Of a DNA stretch of 64,000 nucleotides, positions 21,012 to 32,064 are shown one piece after another. The DNA lies in sequence record SRR22947727_1359; one strand, written 5' to 3'. The position numbers and the translations under genes were made by a program. Below the pieces are notes generated by a model. The model had not been told where the DNA came from, ran no database searches, and saw only the letters and a list, made by a program, of their open reading frames with translations. The stretch's first letter is position 1. Each line of letters starts with the position of its first letter.

Positions 21012-22406
21012 ATGTCAGCCCCTTTCATTCACGACGATTTTCTCCTGCAAACGAAAACAGCCCGGCGGCTATATCATGAGTTTGCGGAAAACCAGCCGAT
21101 TCTCGACTATCACAATCACCTCCCGCCGGAGGACATCGCCAACAATCGGCAATTTTCGAATTTATTCGAAATTTGGCTCGAAGGAGATCACTACAAATGG
21201 CGGGCCATGCGCGCGAACGGCGTTCCCGAAGAATCGGTGACAGGCAACGGCGATCCGTTTGATAAATTTCTGGCCTTCGCCAAAACCGTCCCGCATACCC
21301 TGCGAAACCCGCTTTACCACTGGACTCACCTCGAACTGAAACGCTATTTCGGGATCGATGAACTGCTTGATGGTGATTCAGCGAAACGAATTTGGGATCG
21401 GGCCAATGAGCAGCTCGCAACGCCCGAATTTTCAGCCCGGGAAATTTTGAAGCGCTGGGATGTGCGTGGATTGTGCACGACGGACGATCCGACGAGTAAT
21501 CTCGCCTATCACAAATCGGTCGCTGACGATCCCGATTTCAACGTCGGGGTTTTCCCCACTTTTCGCCCCGATAAAGCGCTGGGAGTCACTGATCCTGCGA
21601 GTTTCAACGCATGGACCGCAGAACTTGCTGCGGCGGCGGGGGCCGACATTTCTTCGTATTCAGATTTCAAAAACGCGATTCGCTCACGCCACGACTTTTT
21701 CCACGAACTGGGTGGGCGACTCTCAGATCACGGATTGAATCACTGTTTCGCAGATTTTTGCACTGATGAAGAAGCCGCTGGGATTTTCGACCGTGCGCGC
21801 TCCGGATCGGCAGCAAGCCCAGCTGAATATTCAAAATTCGCCACGGCGATGATGCTCTTTTTTGGAGAACTCGACGCTGAACGCGGCTGGACGAAACAAA
21901 TGCACGTCGGCGCGATGCGAAATAACAACGGCCATCTTTTCAAAACGATCGGAACAGACATCGGCTGCGATTCAATTGGCGACTGGAACCAGGGCGAAGC
22001 AATGTCCGGCTATCTCGGTCGGCTTTCTGAAATGGAGAAGCTCCCGCAGGTCGTCATTTACAATCTCAATCCCGCCCACAACTACCTGTTTGCGACGATG
22101 GCTGGGAATTTCAAAGGTGTTCAATTCGGCAGCGGGTGGTGGTTTCTGGATCAAAAAGAAGCCATGGAATGGCAAATGAACGCGCTTTCGAATTGCGGAT
22201 TGCTCTCGAAATTTGTCGGCATGCTGACCGATTCCCGATCGTTCATGTCATTTCCAAGACACGAGTATTTTCGCCGAACATTGTGTAACCTCATCGGTTC
22301 GGACGCCGAAAACGGGCTGATTCCAAATGACGACGCTCTTCTAGGGCCGATGGTGGAGAACATCTGTTTTGCAAACGCGCAGGAGTTTTTGAAGCTCGGT
22401 GTTTGA
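21012..22406 (+). CDS. uxaC: Glucuronate isomerase
   Basis: DYHNHL, GDHYKWRAMR, NPLYHWTHLEL, TTDDP, PTFRPD, GWWFLD, GMLTDSRSF, RHEYFRR. Confidence 0.96.
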   Translation: MSAPFIHDDFLLQTKTARRLYHEFAENQPILDYHNHLPPEDIANNRQFSNLFEIWLEGDHYKWRAMRANGVPEESVTGNGDPFDKFLAFAKTVPHTLRNPLYHWTHLELKRYFGIDELLDGDSAKRIWDRANEQLATPEFSAREILKRWDVRGLCTTDDPTSNLAYHKSVADDPDFNVGVFPTFRPDKALGVTDPASFNAWTAELAAAAGADISSYSDFKNAIRSRHDFFHELGGRLSDHGLNHCFADFCTDEEAAGIFDRARSGSAASPAEYSKFATAMMLFFGELDAERGWTKQMHVGAMRNNNGHLFKTIGTDIGCDSIGDWNQGEAMSGYLGRLSEMEKLPQVVIYNLNPAHNYLFATMAGNFKGVQFGSGWWFLDQKEAMEWQMNALSNCGLLSKFVGMLTDSRSFMSFPRHEYFRRTLCNLIGSDAENGLIPNDDALLGPMVENICFANAQEFLKLGV

Positions 22407-22468
22407 TCAGGTTAATTGGACGAAACTGCCGTTGCAAATTGCTCACCAACGCGCTTTGATACGTCGTC

Positions 22469-23425
22469 TTGTCTGACTCCGAAACACAACCTGACGACAC
22501 GCCAAACGACTTGAATGAATCACAACAACCCGTTGATGGGAAAATTGTTGATTCCGCTCAGGAATCGTCAGCGGAGGGTTCTGATTCCGCGGAATTAAGC
22601 GGAGCGAGTGGAGATTCTGAAACCGCCGATCAGCTTTCCGGTGTCGTCATCGAAAAAGAACCTGGCCCCGAACCCGGAGCTGTCGCGCCTCCGCCGGTGC
22701 AGCATGAGTTTAAAGTTCAGATGGAGATTTTCGAGGGACCGCTTGATCTCCTTCTTTATCTCATCAAAAAGGACGAACTCGACATTTACGACATTCGGAT
22801 CGAGAAAATCACGAAGCAATACATGACCTTCATCGAGACGTTCAAAATGCTGAACATCAATCTCGCTGGTGAATTTTTGGTGATGGCGGCAAACCTTTGC
22901 TACATCAAAAGCCGGATGATGCTGCCGAAACACGTCCAACCGCCCGAAGAAGACGCGGACGAGGATGATCCACGTTGGGATCTGATTCGACAGCTGATCG
23001 AATACAAAAAATTCAAAGACGCCGCGAGTTTCCTCGGCCGACGCGAGACGGCGCAGTCCGATTTATTCGCTCACCGACCGGAACCGATTGAATCCGATAA
23101 GGACGAAGTGCGACCGCTCGCTGAAGTGGGAATTTTTGATCTGATCAAAGCCTTCCAGAACATTCTGGATCGCTTTGATGACGAAGGACTTGGCGAAATT
23201 ATCGACGACCGCTTCACCGTGAGCGACAAAATCGCTTACCTCCTCGACATTGTGAAACCCGGCGAATCAATCAAGTTCGAATCCCTTTTCGAAGGCGCTA
23301 CTACAAAAAACGAAGTCATCGTAACCTTTCTTGCCTTGCTCGAATTGATGAAGCTGAATCATTTCCGCGTGCGACAGGAAGTGACCATGGGCGAAATCGA
23401 GCTGCAGCGAAATGAGAATATTTAA
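22469..23425 (+). CDS. scpA: Segregation and condensation protein A
   Basis: FEGPLDLLLYLI, EFLVMAA, IKSRMMLP, IVTFLALLEL; acidic N-terminal extension, start uncertain. Confidence 0.93.
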   Translation: MSDSETQPDDTPNDLNESQQPVDGKIVDSAQESSAEGSDSAELSGASGDSETADQLSGVVIEKEPGPEPGAVAPPPVQHEFKVQMEIFEGPLDLLLYLIKKDELDIYDIRIEKITKQYMTFIETFKMLNINLAGEFLVMAANLCYIKSRMMLPKHVQPPEEDADEDDPRWDLIRQLIEYKKFKDAASFLGRRETAQSDLFAHRPEPIESDKDEVRPLAEVGIFDLIKAFQNILDRFDDEGLGEIIDDRFTVSDKIAYLLDIVKPGESIKFESLFEGATTKNEVIVTFLALLELMKLNHFRVRQEVTMGEIELQRNENI

Positions 23426-23479
23426 CGTGTAAATCACTCGCAGAGTGACGATTTTTGCTTTTCTTTCCGCCAAACTTTC

Positions 23480-24283
23480 ATGGAACTCATCCAAATCGTT
23501 GAAGCCCTCATTTTTGCGGCACCAGACCCGATTTCTTCTCAGGAGATATCGAAGGCGGTTCGTCGTGCCTCCGACAAAAGCGAGGAGATGATTGACGAAG
23601 ACTGGCGGAAAGTAACGCCATCAGAAATCGCCAAAGTCATTCAAGATCTTAGCGAATTGTATGATGAAACCGAGCGGGCTCTCCAGTTGGTCGAAAGCGC
23701 TTCCGGTTGGAAGTTTGTAACCCGCCCCGTATTCGCAGAATGGATCCGCGCCCTGTTGCCCGAAATGCGGCCGGAGCGTCTCAGCCCGCCAGCACTCGAG
23801 ACTCTCGCCATCATCGCCTACCGTCAGCCCATTACCAAAGGCGACATCGAAGCTGTCCGCGGCGTAAACGTTGACGGTGTATTGCAGAAAGTGATCGATC
23901 GGGGTCTTATCAAAATCGGTGGTCGCGCAGACCTTCCCGGAAAACCGCTTCTCTATGAAACGACCGATCTTTTTCTGGAACACTTCGGAGTGAAAGACAT
24001 CGACGATCTTCCAAATGCCGATGAATTGCGGACCGTGCATTTGCCAACCGCTGGCGATGACGAAGAGGAAGAAGCACCGAAAGAGGAGCAGCTCCCCCTG
24101 GCCGGACTGGATGATTCGCCAGAATCCAACGAAGGTGAAGAAACCGAAGCAACTGAAGAAGGTTCACAGGAAAACGAATTCGAAGACCTCACTTCCGGAT
24201 TTGATGAGGTCGATGCCCCGTCAGAAAACGAGGTAGATTCCCAGTCAGAAGGCAAGGACAACTCGGAAGAAGACGAACACTAA
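23480..24283 (+). CDS. scpB: SMC-Scp complex subunit ScpB
   Basis: [38 protein letters not shown]. Confidence 0.95.
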   Translation: MELIQIVEALIFAAPDPISSQEISKAVRRASDKSEEMIDEDWRKVTPSEIAKVIQDLSELYDETERALQLVESASGWKFVTRPVFAEWIRALLPEMRPERLSPPALETLAIIAYRQPITKGDIEAVRGVNVDGVLQKVIDRGLIKIGGRADLPGKPLLYETTDLFLEHFGVKDIDDLPNADELRTVHLPTAGDDEEEEAPKEEQLPLAGLDDSPESNEGEETEATEEGSQENEFEDLTSGFDEVDAPSENEVDSQSEGKDNSEEDEH

Positions 24284-24298
24284 ATTTCCCAAAGAAAT

Positions 24299-25354
24299 AT
24301 GACTCTTGATGATTTACGCGTAAAAATCGACGCCCTCGATACCGATCTTATCCGCTTGCTGAATGAGCGAGCCGATATTGTTCACGAAGTCGGCGTCATC
24401 AAAAAACGTGACGGTCTGGAAATTTATGCTCCCGAGCGCGAAGAAATGCTCCTTCGCAAACTCGTTGAAAAAAGCGAGGGCCGTCTTCCCGAAAATTCGA
24501 TCCGCGCGATCTATCGTGAAATCATGTCCGCCGCTCTCGCGCTGGAGGAAGATCTAAAAATCGCCTATCTTGGGCCCGAAGGAACCTGGACGCATCAGGC
24601 CGCAATCAATAAATTCGGCCATAGCGTTGGATATTTACCACAGCCGAGCTTCGCCGATGTTTTTGATCAAGTGACGCGCAAACTCGCCGATTATGGCGTG
24701 GTGCCGATTGAGAATTCCACCGAAGGCGCGGTGACTCACACGCTCGATTTGTTCGCCGATTCTCCGCTGAAAATTTACGGCCAAATGATGCTGACGATTG
24801 AGAATAATCTGATGGCGAAATGCGAACGCGAAGAAATCGATCAAATTTACAGTCACCCACAGGTCTTGGCTCAATGTCGCGGCTGGCTGAACACGAATTT
24901 TCGAGACATTCCCGTCACCGAAGTTTCCAGCACCGCTGCGGGAGCAAAAATCGCCGTTGATCAAAAAGGCGCCGCCGTTCTTGGAGGATCACTCCTCGCA
25001 GAAATGTATGGGCTGACCCTTCTCGAAAAATCCGTTCAGGATTTGGCGACGAACACGACCCGGTTTCTCGTCATCAGCCACAAAACTTGCCCGAGAACTG
25101 GTGACGATCGCACGTCGATGATGTTTTCCGTTCGCGACGAGCCCGGTTCGCTTCACAAGGCGCTTGAACCTTTCGAAGAACTCGCAATCAACATGTCGAA
25201 GATCGAAAGCCGTCCGTCAAAACGTCGGGCTTGGGAATATTATTTCTTCGTCGATATCGCCGGTCATTGTGAAGACGAAGAAGTCGTCAGTGCGATCGAT
25301 CAGCTTTCGAAACACTGTAGTTTCGTGAAAATTCTCGGCAGCTACCCTGCTTAG
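24299..25354 (+). CDS. pheA: Chorismate mutase / prephenate dehydratase
   Basis: LRVKIDALD, AYLGPEGT, PIENSTEG, SHPQ, NTTRF, IESRP, LGSYP. Confidence 0.96.
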   Translation: MTLDDLRVKIDALDTDLIRLLNERADIVHEVGVIKKRDGLEIYAPEREEMLLRKLVEKSEGRLPENSIRAIYREIMSAALALEEDLKIAYLGPEGTWTHQAAINKFGHSVGYLPQPSFADVFDQVTRKLADYGVVPIENSTEGAVTHTLDLFADSPLKIYGQMMLTIENNLMAKCEREEIDQIYSHPQVLAQCRGWLNTNFRDIPVTEVSSTAAGAKIAVDQKGAAVLGGSLLAEMYGLTLLEKSVQDLATNTTRFLVISHKTCPRTGDDRTSMMFSVRDEPGSLHKALEPFEELAINMSKIESRPSKRRAWEYYFFVDIAGHCEDEEVVSAIDQLSKHCSFVKILGSYPA

Positions 25355-25408
25355 ATCAGTGCACAAAAAAAGCTCCTACTAATTAAGTCGAAGCTGCTTT
25401 TCGTTTTT

Positions 25409-25446
25409 CGAACCAACAGGGTTGATTCAGCGAACCAACCCTATCA
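25409..25446. repeat. REP-like palindromic repeat (doublet)
   Basis: CGAACCAACAGGGTTGATTCAGCGAACCAACCCTAT; abuts the OmpA-gene stop. Confidence 0.75.
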
Positions 25447-27013
25447 CTTCACACGCCAGATTTCGACAATCCGGTTCGGGCTCTTCTGCCCGCTGAAACG
25501 TCCGGTCTGACCGAAGTAAACCGCTTGAACGTTCTTCTCTGAACCAAGTCCTTCAGCAATCTTTTTGCCAACGTCGGAAGCGCGTTGTGACGAGAGGCGA
25601 TAGTTGGTCTCGTTTGATTCATCCGTGCTCGCATATCCAACGGCGAGGAATTTCGCATCGGGGCCGGCCTCTTTCACGAGAGCTACAATTTTCTTGTTAT
25701 CAGCTCCGGAAATGTAATCGCTGCCTGAACCGAAAGGGATACGAAGCGATGGCTCGTATTTTCCACCACCGGGAATTTCTTTGTAGGCTTTCTCGCGTGC
25801 TGCGGTGGAGTCTTCGATTCCGCGAAGGTTCGCAAAGAGATTTTTAAAATCTGGATTCAACTTGGCCGGATCATTCACGAGCAATGGAAGATCGAGGTCA
25901 GGAAGCCCAGCCCCGGCAGCTGCAAGCGCTCCTGCGGGAGCAGCAGGCATTGCCGCTGCTTTGGCAGCCAGTTGCTTTTTCAACGCATCAATTTGCTTCT
26001 GAAGATCACCGTTCGTTTCACCCAACTTGGTTTTCGCCGCGTTCCAGGCATTGCCGTCAGTTTTGGCCTTTTTATTCGCCGCGTCGAGTTGCGCTTGAAG
26101 TTTCTGCATCACCCGCATTCGCAGCCATCGCTTTAGATGACTCAGCCAGCTTCTTCTCCGCAGCCGCCAATTTGTCGGCAGCGGTTTTTGCATCGGCGGC
26201 AGACTTGGCTTTCATCGCGTCGAAATCAGCTTGGAGCTTTTTCGTTGCGTCACCAGCGTTTGCGGACATCGCGAGTTTCGCTTTTCCAGCTTCGTTAAGC
26301 TTTTTCTCCAAATCAGTAATGCGCGCCTGGAGCTTGCCTGCTTCAGCTTTGGCCATGTCAGCCGCCCCTGCTTGCTTGCCCATCGCAGCAAGCTTTGCTT
26401 TTAAATCCGCTTCCGCTTTGGTCGCGGCATCAACTTTGCCGTTGAGTCCCGTGATTTTAGCTTTCAGATCAGCTTCTGCTTGAGTAGCTGCAGCAAATTT
26501 TGCTTTCAATTCGGATTCCGCTTTGCTTGCAGTTCCGAGCGTCGCCATAAGCACAGCAAGTTTTCCCTCGAGCCCCGTATTGGCTTTCATCGCTCCGTCC
26601 AGTTTGACCTGCGTTCCCTTGAGCGTATCAACTTCAGCCTGAAGGTTATTGATTTTCAGTTCTAAACCGGAAGTATCCCCAGCTGCTTTCAATTTGGCTT
26701 CAAGGTCGAGCTTTTGGGCCGCCAGTTCAGCGCGGCGAGCCGCTTCAGCCTCAATATCTGCATTCGCTGCATCAAGCTTTGCCTGCAAAACGGCGACTTC
26801 AGCAGAATCCGAGCCTGCACCCGCTTTGTTTCCAGCATTTGCTTTCGCTGCATTCCCTGATCCGGCGATCTGATTGGTAATTACCTTGTGGTCAGCGCCC
26901 TGATCAGAGCATCCGCCGGCTGTAAAAAGCCATCCAGTAAAAAACATGGCGCCGAGGCCAAGTAAAATGGCGAAAACTGTCGCCCCAATTTCGTTTCGTT
27001 TTGGGTCGTCCAT
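25444..27013 (-). pseudogene. Membrane-anchored coiled-coil protein with OmpA-like C-terminal domain, frameshifted at ~26105
   Basis: N-terminal TM plus Ala/Lys coiled coil (26072-27013). The OmpA-like GYAS..NYRLSSQRA..NRIVEIW lies in another frame (25444-~26105). Confidence 0.75.
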
Positions 27014-27213
27014 CGAGAATGGTGGTATGTGGAAATAAGTGAGAGGTAAACTTTGGTGAACTGAGCTTTACCAATCGGTTCAGACACCGGAGGAATTTAA
27101 AAAGTCACTAAGATTTTTCAAATTCTCAGTTCTAACGCCACGCACTGATGCTAAGCATTTATCACGCCCGTGTGAAGCGCGAAATACTCTCGTTCTGCGT
27201 CAAAAATGACGAA

Positions 27214-27300
27214 TTACTTCGCCTTCACCAAATACGTGAAGGCAACTGCGCCAAGAAGAAGAAAGACGACGGCAACAAGGATTCCAAGGAAGATACTCAT
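27214..27300 (-). CDS. 28-aa single-TM small protein (not in ORF track)
   Basis: MSIFLGILVAVVFLLLGAVAFTYLVKAK; TAGAAT -10 box 8 nt upstream of the ATG. Confidence 0.55.
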   Translation of the reverse strand: MSIFLGILVAVVFLLLGAVAFTYLVKAK

Positions 27301-27488
27301 GGTTACCAATTCTAGTCAGATCTGCGGAAATTTCCAGTGCGATTTTCTTTCGTAAATGGAAGATTTTCAGTCACGCAACGCCTAATTGAGCAGCGGGGTT
27401 CGTAATCTTTTTGCGAATCGTAAAATCGGGCTAGATTCGACTTCGTTTTAAAAATCTCTTCTTTCTCCAAAATCCTCTTATCTCGACC

Positions 27489-28724
27489 ATGAGTGCCGTC
27501 ACCGATTCTCCAACCCCAACAACGCTTCCAGACGAAAGCGGCCACTTCGGCACGTTTGGCGGTCGTTTTGTTCCGGAAACTTTGATGGCGGCTTTGAAAG
27601 AGCTGACGTCGGAATACGAAAAGGCGAAAGCCGATCCTGCATTTCAAGAAGAGCTGAGCAACATGCTGGCTGATTTTTGCGGACGGGAGACACCACTTTA
27701 CTTTGCGGAGCGCTGGACTGAACAGCTCGGCGGCGCGAAAATTTTCCTGAAACGCGAAGATTTGCTCCATACCGGCGCGCACAAGATCAACAACGCGCTC
27801 GGCCAAATCCTTCTCGCCAAGCGACTTGGCAAAACCCGGATCATTGCAGAAACCGGCGCCGGCCAGCACGGCGTGGCGACGGCGACCGTTGCAGCGCGCT
27901 TTGGGATGAAATGCATCGTTTACATGGGCTCCATCGACATGGAACGCCAGCACTTGAACGTGGTTCGGATGCGGCTGATGGGTGCGGAAGTTCGCGGAGT
28001 TGAAGCGGGGCAGAAAACGCTCAAAGAAGCAGTGAATGAAGCGTTGCGTGACTGGGTCACCAATGTTGAAGACACCCATTACATTCTCGGCAGTGCCTTG
28101 GGGCCTCATCCGTATCCGATGATGGTGCGCGATTTTCATCGTGTGATCGGCACCGAAGCGCGTCGCCAGATTTTGGCCAAAGAAGACAAACTTCCCGATC
28201 TACTCGTTGCCTGCGTCGGTGGTGGATCCAACGCGATTGGACTTTTCCATCCGTTTCTCGGCGACGATTCCGTGAAAATGATGGGCGTTGAAGCAGGTGG
28301 TCACGGTATTGTAAAAGGCGATCACGCCGCGCGATTCCAGGGCGGAAAACTCGGTGTTTTGCAAGGCACGAAAACGTGGTTACTCGCTGATGACGATGGT
28401 CAAATCGAGCTGACCCATTCGGTTTCAGCCGGCTTGGATTACGCCGCAGTCGGGCCCGAACACGCCTTTCTGCAATCCGAGGGCCGTGTCGAATACACCT
28501 ACGCAACAGACGATGAGGCACTAGCAGCTTTCAAAACGCTTTCAGAGATCGAGGGCATTATTCCAGCCTTAGAAACCTCCCACGCGTTGGCTTACGTGAA
28601 TAAAGTCGCGTCAACCATGTCGAAAGATCAGATCATTGTCGTGAGCCTGTCCGGTCGCGGCGATAAAGATGTGGCTCAGGCGGCGCGCTATCTCCTTCCC
28701 GACGAAAAACCGCTGGAAGTCTGA
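27489..28724 (+). CDS. trpB: Tryptophan synthase beta chain
   Basis: [53 protein letters not shown]. Confidence 0.97.
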   Translation: MSAVTDSPTPTTLPDESGHFGTFGGRFVPETLMAALKELTSEYEKAKADPAFQEELSNMLADFCGRETPLYFAERWTEQLGGAKIFLKREDLLHTGAHKINNALGQILLAKRLGKTRIIAETGAGQHGVATATVAARFGMKCIVYMGSIDMERQHLNVVRMRLMGAEVRGVEAGQKTLKEAVNEALRDWVTNVEDTHYILGSALGPHPYPMMVRDFHRVIGTEARRQILAKEDKLPDLLVACVGGGSNAIGLFHPFLGDDSVKMMGVEAGGHGIVKGDHAARFQGGKLGVLQGTKTWLLADDDGQIELTHSVSAGLDYAAVGPEHAFLQSEGRVEYTYATDDEALAAFKTLSEIEGIIPALETSHALAYVNKVASTMSKDQIIVVSLSGRGDKDVAQAARYLLPDEKPLEV

Positions 28725-28735
28725 TTTTCGAAATT

Positions 28736-28972
28736 TTAGCGAGGACTAATCCCCACAAAATTCCTCACCCGCTTGATCGGGCTGATATACACATCGGGAT
28801 TTCCCGCGCCCGTGTCGAAATAGAACCCCGACGACGTTCCGCCATCGAGGTTGAGCGCACGTGTGACTTTGACTCCGGGCAACAAATCCGGCATCGCTAG
28901 CACCTCACTGAGTTCCGCAAGCGTCAGCGAATCGCACAAACCCAGCGCCCATTTTCCTTTCCCATCCGCGAT
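28736..28972 (-). pseudogene. C-terminal fragment of phosphodiester glycosidase (NAGPA-like) protein
   Basis: LTLAEL...ALNLDGGTSS...VRNFV; sequence upstream of 28972 belongs to another gene. Confidence 0.7.
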
Positions 28973-29883
28973 TCGGAAATCCCGATGCCGTCGAGGTGGC
29001 CGGCCCGATCGATCCCGAAGTCGGCGTGATCGGTGCGTCGGATGAAACGGGGAAATTGCTCGGCTGCGTCGTGAATTTCGCCTGTCACGCAACAACGAGT
29101 CCTCCAGGATTTTCGGCGAATTACCCGTGGGCGTTGGAAAAAGTCATCGATGGAGCTTTTGGCGAAGAAACGGTCGTGGTGTTTTTGAATTGTGCATCGG
29201 GTGATGTGACGCAGGTCGATAATTCATCCGCCGTAAAGAAGAACACGGGCGAGAAATCAGCCATGGAAGTCGGGGGCAGAGTCGGAGCCGAGGCGGTGAA
29301 ATTGCTCGTTCAGACCAACCAGTCGACGAATGACGTGACGGTGGCTTTTAAAAATGAATCGCTAAAAATCCCACGCCGCGCTCCGTCGAAAGAACGCCTC
29401 GCAAAACGTCTCGATCTCGTGAAAGAAAAACCCACCAAGGCCGCCGCTTTGAGCGACTGGATTTGGGCGAAGGAAATTGTGATGCTGGACGCGCTGATCG
29501 CCAAAGAACCCGTTCGCAGTGTCGAGGTCCAGACCGTGCAAATCGGACCCGCTGTTTTTGTAACCAATCCGGCGGAATATTTCTGCGAGTTCGGCCTGCA
29601 AATCAAAGCGAAGAGTAAATTTCCCTTTACCTGGCCGGTCAGTTTGGCAAACGGCTGCGTCGTCTACGTGCCTACGACCGAAGCGCTCGGCGAAAACGGC
29701 GGCGGCTATGAAACTTGGCTCACCGCGTATTCGAATTTGATTCCCGAAGCCGGAGATCAAATCCGCGACAAAGGAATCGAGTTCTCGAATTTGATGAAGC
29801 CTGGCCCCGTGCCTGAAGGTTCCCCGACACCCGAATTCAAGACCGGTTGGCAGTATGGCGATGTGCCGCCGGAGTTGGAGTGA
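28963..29883 (+). pseudogene. C-terminal fragment of neutral/alkaline ceramidase-like protein
   Basis: HP..GNPD..AGPIDPEV, VNFACH, SANYP, GDV, PAEYFCEFGL, SLANG..YVPT..GGYE; N-terminal half with the metal ligands is missing. Confidence 0.75.
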
Positions 29884-29898
29884 GGTCGTCGCACCGAA

Positions 29899-31017
29899 TT
29901 ACTTCGCTGGAGCTTCCCACACCGACACGCCGAGATGATACCCTGTATGCTGCGGTGATTCACTGGAATACCAAGCGGTCACGATTTTCCCGCTCGCCAG
30001 TTGAATGCTTGAAGGATACCCGCAGTCGCCGCCATCAGCCGTGTGAGAAATTCGAAGGGGTTCCGTCCACGTTTTCCCATCGTCGCTGCTGAATTTTGCC
30101 AGCACGCCGCGCCGCCCTTCAATCCGCACTCCGTAGCTGAAAAGCAGACGCCCGTCAGCGAGCCGAATGAGATGTCCGTTGATTTCATTTCGATCACTCG
30201 CGGGCACCGGCTCCTGCCAGGTCGCGCCGTTGTCGTCGCTACGAATCAGTTCCATTTTATCGATTCGAGCCGCCGCGAGCCAACTTTTCCCACCAAGCGG
30301 GAAAATGTCCGTCTCGTTGTGTTTTTGGCCGATGATCGACACCTTTTTCCACGTCCAACCGTCGTCCTCGCTTGTTAAATGCCACGAACGCCAGCCTTCC
30401 GTTTTCGAAGATTGCGTCGGGTCTTTGAATTTCCCCTGATAGCAGGACACGTGCAGCGCCCCGTCATCGCCCGTCCAGATATCGCCAAAAGGAATCAATT
30501 CCGACCAGCCATCTTCTACGCCGGGAAACGTGTCGCGCTGTTTCCACGTCCGCCCACCATCGGCAGATCGCAGCACCCAGCTTCGCAGAATATTGTCGCG
30601 AAACTTAGCCTGCTTGGGACGATTCGACTGCTTCACATTGGTCCATCCCGAGCAGAGCACGACAAGATCGCCGTTTTTCGCGACGCCCGCCGCATGATTC
30701 ATCCGCACGGTGTCCGTTTCGTGTTTTGTTACCGTGCTTCTCTCCGTCCACGTCAGTCCGTCCTTACTCGCCCAGCAATCGATATCGCCTTCTTTTCCGC
30801 CATGGCTCGGTTGATTATGAAAAATCGCAATGATCGTTCCGTCATTCAACAAGGTGAGATTTGGCCACGCGCAGACGTTTTCGACAGCGACAACATGCTG
30901 AATTTTCGCCGGCTCCGGTTCTTCGCCATGAAGAAATGCTGAAGATGAAGGAATCAGGAAGAGAGCGAACGCAGCACGAATGTTAATCCGGAAAGTGTCA
31001 CGCCAATCGAAAATCAA
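29899..31017 (-). CDS. Sialidase-family (BNR/Asp-box) protein
   Basis: Asp-boxes SADGGRTW, SEDDGWTW, SDDNGATW, SSDDGKTW; DCGYP; start uncertain. Confidence 0.85.
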   Translation of the reverse strand: MIFDWRDTFRINIRAAFALFLIPSSSAFLHGEEPEPAKIQHVVAVENVCAWPNLTLLNDGTIIAIFHNQPSHGGKEGDIDCWASKDGLTWTERSTVTKHETDTVRMNHAAGVAKNGDLVVLCSGWTNVKQSNRPKQAKFRDNILRSWVLRSADGGRTWKQRDTFPGVEDGWSELIPFGDIWTGDDGALHVSCYQGKFKDPTQSSKTEGWRSWHLTSEDDGWTWKKVSIIGQKHNETDIFPLGGKSWLAAARIDKMELIRSDDNGATWQEPVPASDRNEINGHLIRLADGRLLFSYGVRIEGRRGVLAKFSSDDGKTWTEPLRISHTADGGDCGYPSSIQLASGKIVTAWYSSESPQHTGYHLGVSVWEAPAK

Positions 31018-31196
31018 GAAAGGGACGCTTTCACGAGATGTCGAAGTGGAAACATCGGAACACGGGTCAGCAGAACCGTTCTTCCAACTCCTATTTTTTT
31101 TTGCGTTTTATGCGCTTTTTTGCGGCTAAAAAATTTTGGTCGATTCACCACACCTTTCACGCGATGGTTAGCCTTTCCGAAAAACACCGCTGACTA

Positions 31197-32024
31197 ATGA
31201 ATTACGCAATTTGCAACGAAACATTCCAAGACTGGCCGTTCGAAAAGGCTTTCGCTTACGCACGAGAATGCGGTTACACGGGGGTCGAAATTGCGCCGTT
31301 CACGATCAATGAGAACGTGTTCGACATCAGGCCGGAACAACGCACCACCATTTGCCAGCAGATCAAAGATGCGGATCTCAAATGCGTCGGCCTGCACTGG
31401 TTGCTGGCGAAAACGGAAGGGTTTTATCTGACAACAGCAGATGCGGATGTGCGGAAGGCAACGGGCGCTTACCTGGCTGAGCTTGCGCGACTCTGTCGCG
31501 AGCTGGATGGCGACATCATGGTGCTTGGCTCTCCTTTTCAGCGAAATTTGCTGCCGGGGATTTCTCACGAGCAGGCCATGGAGTTTGCAAAAGACACGAT
31601 TTCGCAGGCGATGCCGGTTTTGGAAGATCTCGGAGTCACGCTCGCGCTTGAGCCACTCGGGCCGGGCGAAGGTGATTTCTTGAACACGGCGGCTTCGGGA
31701 ATTGAGCTGGCGAAGATGGTCGATTCCCCGAATTGCCGACTTCACCTCGATGTGAAAGCGATGTCGAGCGAGACTGAGCCAATCGCGGATGTGATTCGTG
31801 CCAGCAAAGAATGGATTGCGCATTTTCACGCGAACGACCCAAACTTGCTTGGCCCTGGAATGGGTGAGGTCGATTTCGAGCCTATTTTCAAGGCGCTGAA
31901 AGATATCGAATACAGCGATTGGGTTTCTGTCGAGGTTTTCGATTACAAACCAGGCGCTGAAACGATCTGCACGGAAAGCCTGCGTTACATGCGCGAAATC
32001 GAAGCGAAAGTTTCCGCTGTTTAG
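31197..32024 (+). CDS. Sugar phosphate isomerase/epimerase (D-tagatose 3-epimerase-like TIM barrel)
   Basis: GVEIAP, LALEPL, LHLDV, HFHAND..GPGMG, WVSVEVF. Confidence 0.9.
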   Translation: MNYAICNETFQDWPFEKAFAYARECGYTGVEIAPFTINENVFDIRPEQRTTICQQIKDADLKCVGLHWLLAKTEGFYLTTADADVRKATGAYLAELARLCRELDGDIMVLGSPFQRNLLPGISHEQAMEFAKDTISQAMPVLEDLGVTLALEPLGPGEGDFLNTAASGIELAKMVDSPNCRLHLDVKAMSSETEPIADVIRASKEWIAHFHANDPNLLGPGMGEVDFEPIFKALKDIEYSDWVSVEVFDYKPGAETICTESLRYMREIEAKVSAV

Positions 32025-32064
32025 CCTCGTATCATTTCTCAGGCTCCTCGTTTCCCCCCTTTTT

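Noticed and set aside
25884-26483. 199-aa Ala/Ser/Phe-rich plus-strand ORF
   Set aside because: Antisense of the Ala/Lys coiled-coil gene.
27312-28139. 275-aa minus-strand ORF
   Set aside because: Antisense shadow of trpB; the many other overlapping short ORFs in the track were dismissed for the same reason.
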